A stretch of DNA of 34,916 bases from a virus (Duplodnaviria > Caudoviricetes), in IMG/VR virus record IMGVR_UViG_3300017784_004349, positions 1 through 34,916 of that record, one strand, 5' to 3'. Within the stretch, counting starts at the first letter, position 1, and every line of letters begins with the position of its first letter. The notes beneath the pieces were generated by a model. That model saw only the letters and a program-made list of their open reading frames with translations, was not told the DNA's origin and made no database searches. The translations under genes were made by a program, and so were the position numbers. Shown here in pieces: positions 32,301-34,916 of this stretch.

Positions 32301-34916
32301 AGCAATCATACCGTTTTCTCTTCTCCTCGTATTCGGCCTTCTGGCTTTTCTTGGGAGGGTTCTGGCAGGGATAGCGGGTTTATTAAAGCGCTAAACGCAG
32401 CCTATACCAATGTCGTTGCTCATCCTCAGCCTGCTGCTGCCACTCCTAGGATTGCCCTTCCCCTCAATAGACCTTACGCTCAAAAAGACCAGGCTAAATC
32501 AGACCAAGCGAATAAGTTTATCGGTAGCGGCAGCGCTGAATCTTCCACGCAAGCGTACGCAGACGCTTGGGGCAATCTTGCGAACACTGGCAGCTATAAC
32601 AGTTCCGATAAAGTTTTTGTGTCCGTGGAAGGTGCGCGGCGTGGGCGGAAAGGCATTGATAAGAAAGAGGTCAGTCTTGCGCTTAGCTCTGGCGCAACCA
32701 TTATAGCTGACCGTGGCGCAGACCGAGCGCGTCCGTACAATATGGGTGAGCGAGAATTGGCAAGCTATCTCCTTGCGAATGGTTACGTCGAACTTGCTTC
32801 CGGCTCAGGGGTGTGGACTCCGAATACCACCCCCGCCACCCCCGCTTCGCCTTCTGCTGCCTCCTCTGCGCCTGCGCCTATTCGTGCAACCGTTCGCCCT
32901 GTGCCTTCGCCTTCTGCTGCCTCCTCTGCGCCCTCGCCTATTCGTGTAGGCGAGATTGCCAGCAGGCTCCGATTAAGCGACCTCCTTGAGCATCGCAGCT
33001 TTAAGCAGATTGAGGATGCAATGGATACTTTAACTAAAATAGCTGAGTCCATACCTGAGACTGTTCCGCCCTCTTTAAGGCGCGAGCTTACAGATAACCC
33101 TACACGACGCCTTGCAGTTGACTCGGCTCTTAAAGATATTCATTTTCAGCTTTATGAATACTTCATGTATAAGTTCTCTGAAAATGAAGTTGGCAATGAT
33201 CTTGCCTCTGCGGTGAAAAACGCTCCCCGGGAGTATCCTGAAGCTGACAGGATAAGGTCTGGGAAATACATTTTGGATAGAATGGATTACTTGAAGCATC
33301 AGGTGACTCATATATCCCGTGGAATGCTTGCCATTAAAGAGCGAGGCACCAAAGCTAATCCTAAAGTCCCAAGCGGTTTTGCTTTGCAATTCTTCCTTAA
33401 CGATTTCCTTAATCGTTATTTTCGTCGCGCTGGTGGAAATACTTGGTCGGTGTATCGCGGGCTGATGCTTGAAAGGGGAGTTGTTCTTCCGGAAGAATTT
33501 GAGGCTCCAAAGGATCGGCTTTCACCAAGACCCCCATCATCGCCAATATCCGAGCACAAACCTGCTAATCCCGCACCTACTTCGGAGGCTGCTTTACGAG
33601 CTACACCTGATTCCGTTTATGCCTCCCGCATCCATGTGATTTTTATGGGGGAGTACGATGCTTTAGCGAGAGCGAGTGGGGGAGTTGTGACCACTAAGAA
33701 GCTCCAGAATAAGCTTGCTAAGGCGGCTTGGATTCTCACTGTCAAACGATTTAGGAAGCAAGTCGGGAAGCAAGCTCAGACCCCTCAACAGAAAGACTAC
33801 GCAAAGAATCTTCCTAAAGATTTTCCGCCTGCAATCCTTGCGCTCGTTCCTCTTAATCCTAGAAAGGATAGAGAGGTTGAAGGCGATCAAGGCATTGATG
33901 ACGGATCATTAGACACTATTAGCCTAGCTTTAGAAGAAAGGCTTAAGGTTATCACTGTGCTCCGCGATCTACATGAAAAGCGGACAGGTCTTCGTCCTCA
34001 ACCGGGGGCGGCTAAGTCTCCCGAACTTGAGAAGCTTAATGAGGACATAAGGCTCGGTCAATTGCGCCTTTTAAGTATTAGCGACGCTCTTGTTCGAAAT
34101 AGTGTTGAGCAGTTTAGGGATCGCATCGATCCTGAAGGTAGCGTTTACTTTGGCGAAGCTGACGAATCGGTTGAGGGTGAATCTATTGTCCGTGATTCAT
34201 TGGAGAATGAAAAGGCGGGTCGTGTTTATGAAGATCCTTTTTCTTCGGATAGGGAAGTTGATGCCTCGCTTGGTCAGACTGAGGCCTGGCTTGAACAGAG
34301 TGATGTGCTTCGAATCCCAATGACGAATGAAAACGGGTCTGTTTTGCTTGATGGTGATGGTCAACAAATTCTGGTTACTGCATTTGTTAGCGAACCTTGG
34401 GTTCGGCGGGTTTTTCGGGTTGCCAGTGAAAGCGCAGACGGGCTTGAAGGCAAGCTTAGCGATAAACGGAAAGGCGTAGAACAGCTTTACCGTCTTGATT
34501 CCAATAGCCTTGCACGAATTCTTGACGCTGTTAAGGGTCACGCCTATAATCTTTACGTAATGGATCCAAGCGGTGAGTGGCTAAGTCCTGAGCCGGATCG
34601 AGTTGTTCTTGGATTAAATATTGAGAATATTCTTAATCGCTTCAACCCTATCAGCCGCCGCCTAAAAGAGAGGAAGACTCCCGATGATTCCAAGAGGGAT
34701 TACGATTCGGAGCGCGAGGCACTTGCGTTTGATCGCCTATCCGCTTCTTATGCTATGGAAGAAGCTGTCAGTGCGGTATATGCTGAATACTCAAAACAAA
34801 CTATCGAGGACTACTCTGAGGCTGCTTCTGATTCTCAAAAATCGGTAGCCGACCTTGTTTTAATTGATGGGTATGAATTGTTTTTGAAATGGTTTCGAAA
34901 TGCTGTCGCCTATCTT
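29334..34916 (+). CDS. Giant polyvalent internal virion protein, N-terminal part (about 3,062 aa in total with 1..3729)
   Basis: ATG 29334 (MPNYITTLVKERYPEFADIPDDEL). The ORF track lists no terminated ORF in this frame, and hand-translated segments are open. Gly/Ala-rich N-region with EGTEELFQ. Confidence 0.88.
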   Translation, partial: MPNYITTLVKERYPEFADIPDDELTLKYAKDYPDQLDNPEFKADYIRIKSASKTPEPRMQTVAESLVDLPSWGRSAGDLVGGLAKGGVALGEGLVGMADIPSFGWAGYGLEKGLGYDPRYLKKLITDSLQSEEMRRQLGNVEAAKGFAGTAKALIQNPLALTDTLLESGPSMFGGQAITKGLLKSAPAMNKLIALGAGEGAIAAGSTAESIRQQTPSGLITPEQAALSVLAGGATGLVTAGSGGLTKRIGLDDVDALLLDGQRVSVPRHIGVRLPAGAAVEGTEELFQSTQEAILQNIALGKPWDEGVGKQAATGMVSGAALGGAMNVPGRINPSSAIDRVNAQLEAAEKARASTGDGNDAVRAIATEAELRRLLEQQAAEKEQAAEIERRRTASQEKYRSAATPAAYAEAKRKEVEEAAIALVEAENQVHEVPFDLAADAVEAREIAKRQFLEVAQVYGIPESEIETIYRNARSQATATQTGRLTPEAVSLLASVRDRKGVPAFVTNQLRKIAKENGIEITDSTKPNDIIDALMAKFEQPAPATQQQSPVVSSLVPAEVLPPGTPAPLETGTTPAAVTPEDMEAKLERELADKFDAGLRESNPRPSDPFLDGPDDAQKRLKSELERELADKFDADLREELRLETESNPEPSDPFLDGLDYAEKRLKRVGLRGGRGNLYEGIISSPVWISRDAAIALIQVIRVSYKVSKSVVKSASVALDWLRKQNIQGFNDAEASSYIQKLLKGSSANPNAPTTTATPTRGDIEAQSFRIVPSGQGDFDGMRAGYGKATILNTKPGNPGWLGNPDIASDVRGGTLTREQAVNKFKATFLSKIKNDTEFRDAVLALRGKSVGYYKPSELNHLNIVQDWLAAQPASVAATPAVARGENIASKARGGSLLGQALTNVTFGKTWDITQPDIVKALVLSGLIKPTGGQSAEHWYQANKSTRSDPSQDSRDMGVMSRIIKAKLNQYPELVRAITSKGGSAWLLSSNHTVFSSPRIRPSGFSWEGSGRDSGFIKALNAAYTNVVAHPQPAAATPRIALPLNRPYAQKDQAKSDQANKFIGSGSAESSTQAYADAWGNLANTGSYNSSDKVFVSVEGARRGRKGIDKKEVSLALSSGATIIADRGADRARPYNMGERELASYLLANGYVELASGSGVWTPNTTPATPASPSAASSAPAPIRATVRPVPSPSAASSAPSPIRVGEIASRLRLSDLLEHRSFKQIEDAMDTLTKIAESIPETVPPSLRRELTDNPTRRLAVDSALKDIHFQLYEYFMYKFSENEVGNDLASAVKNAPREYPEADRIRSGKYILDRMDYLKHQVTHISRGMLAIKERGTKANPKVPSGFALQFFLNDFLNRYFRRAGGNTWSVYRGLMLERGVVLPEEFEAPKDRLSPRPPSSPISEHKPANPAPTSEAALRATPDSVYASRIHVIFMGEYDALARASGGVVTTKKLQNKLAKAAWILTVKRFRKQVGKQAQTPQQKDYAKNLPKDFPPAILALVPLNPRKDREVEGDQGIDDGSLDTISLALEERLKVITVLRDLHEKRTGLRPQPGAAKSPELEKLNEDIRLGQLRLLSISDALVRNSVEQFRDRIDPEGSVYFGEADESVEGESIVRDSLENEKAGRVYEDPFSSDREVDASLGQTEAWLEQSDVLRIPMTNENGSVLLDGDGQQILVTAFVSEPWVRRVFRVASESADGLEGKLSDKRKGVEQLYRLDSNSLARILDAVKGHAYNLYVMDPSGEWLSPEPDRVVLGLNIENILNRFNPISRRLKERKTPDDSKRDYDSEREALAFDRLSASYAMEEAVSAVYAEYSKQTIEDYSEAASDSQKSVADLVLIDGYELFLKWFRNAVAYL
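31090..31334 (+). repeat. Intragenic imperfect tandem duplication (LERELADKFDA..ESNP.PSDPFLDG.D.A.KRLK, twice)
   Basis: 31090-31199 versus 31204-31334; the second copy has a short insertion. Confidence 0.85.
34794..34916. repeat. Terminal direct repeat, copy 2
   Basis: Identical to 1-123. Confidence 0.95.

Overview
This window is an apparently complete, circularly permuted genome of a short-tailed (podovirus-like) dsDNA phage of about 34,793 bp; bases 1-123 repeat exactly at 34794-34916. The + strand from about 13.5 kb carries the late module: terminase, portal, scaffold, N4-gp56-type capsid, holin/spanin candidates, tail and ejection proteins. It ends in a ~3,062-aa polyvalent virion protein that crosses the contig junction (29334..34793 joined to 1..3729); the ORF track captured only its C-terminal part. 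The - strand from 12.8 to 3.8 kb carries early/middle genes: two hairpin-flanked cassette genes, a secreted lysozyme-like protein, an amidoligase plus class II GATase, a heptad-repeat protein, ERF, a Cas4-like exonuclease, an SSB-like protein, a DnaC-like ATPase, an HTH protein and RusA. I recognised no integrase, DNA polymerase, helicase, replication initiator, tRNA, CRISPR array or reverse transcriptase. The most notable signals are: (1) a DUF4326-like / NADAR-like / unnamed domain cassette inside the giant ejected protein, a candidate injected counter-defence payload; (2) RusA motifs split across two overlapping reading frames; (3) duplicated structured leaders with compensatory changes in front of the earliest genes; (4) a possible cell-wall remodelling trio; (5) a u-spanin-like lipoprotein. 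All family calls are by-eye motif recognition, not database searches.
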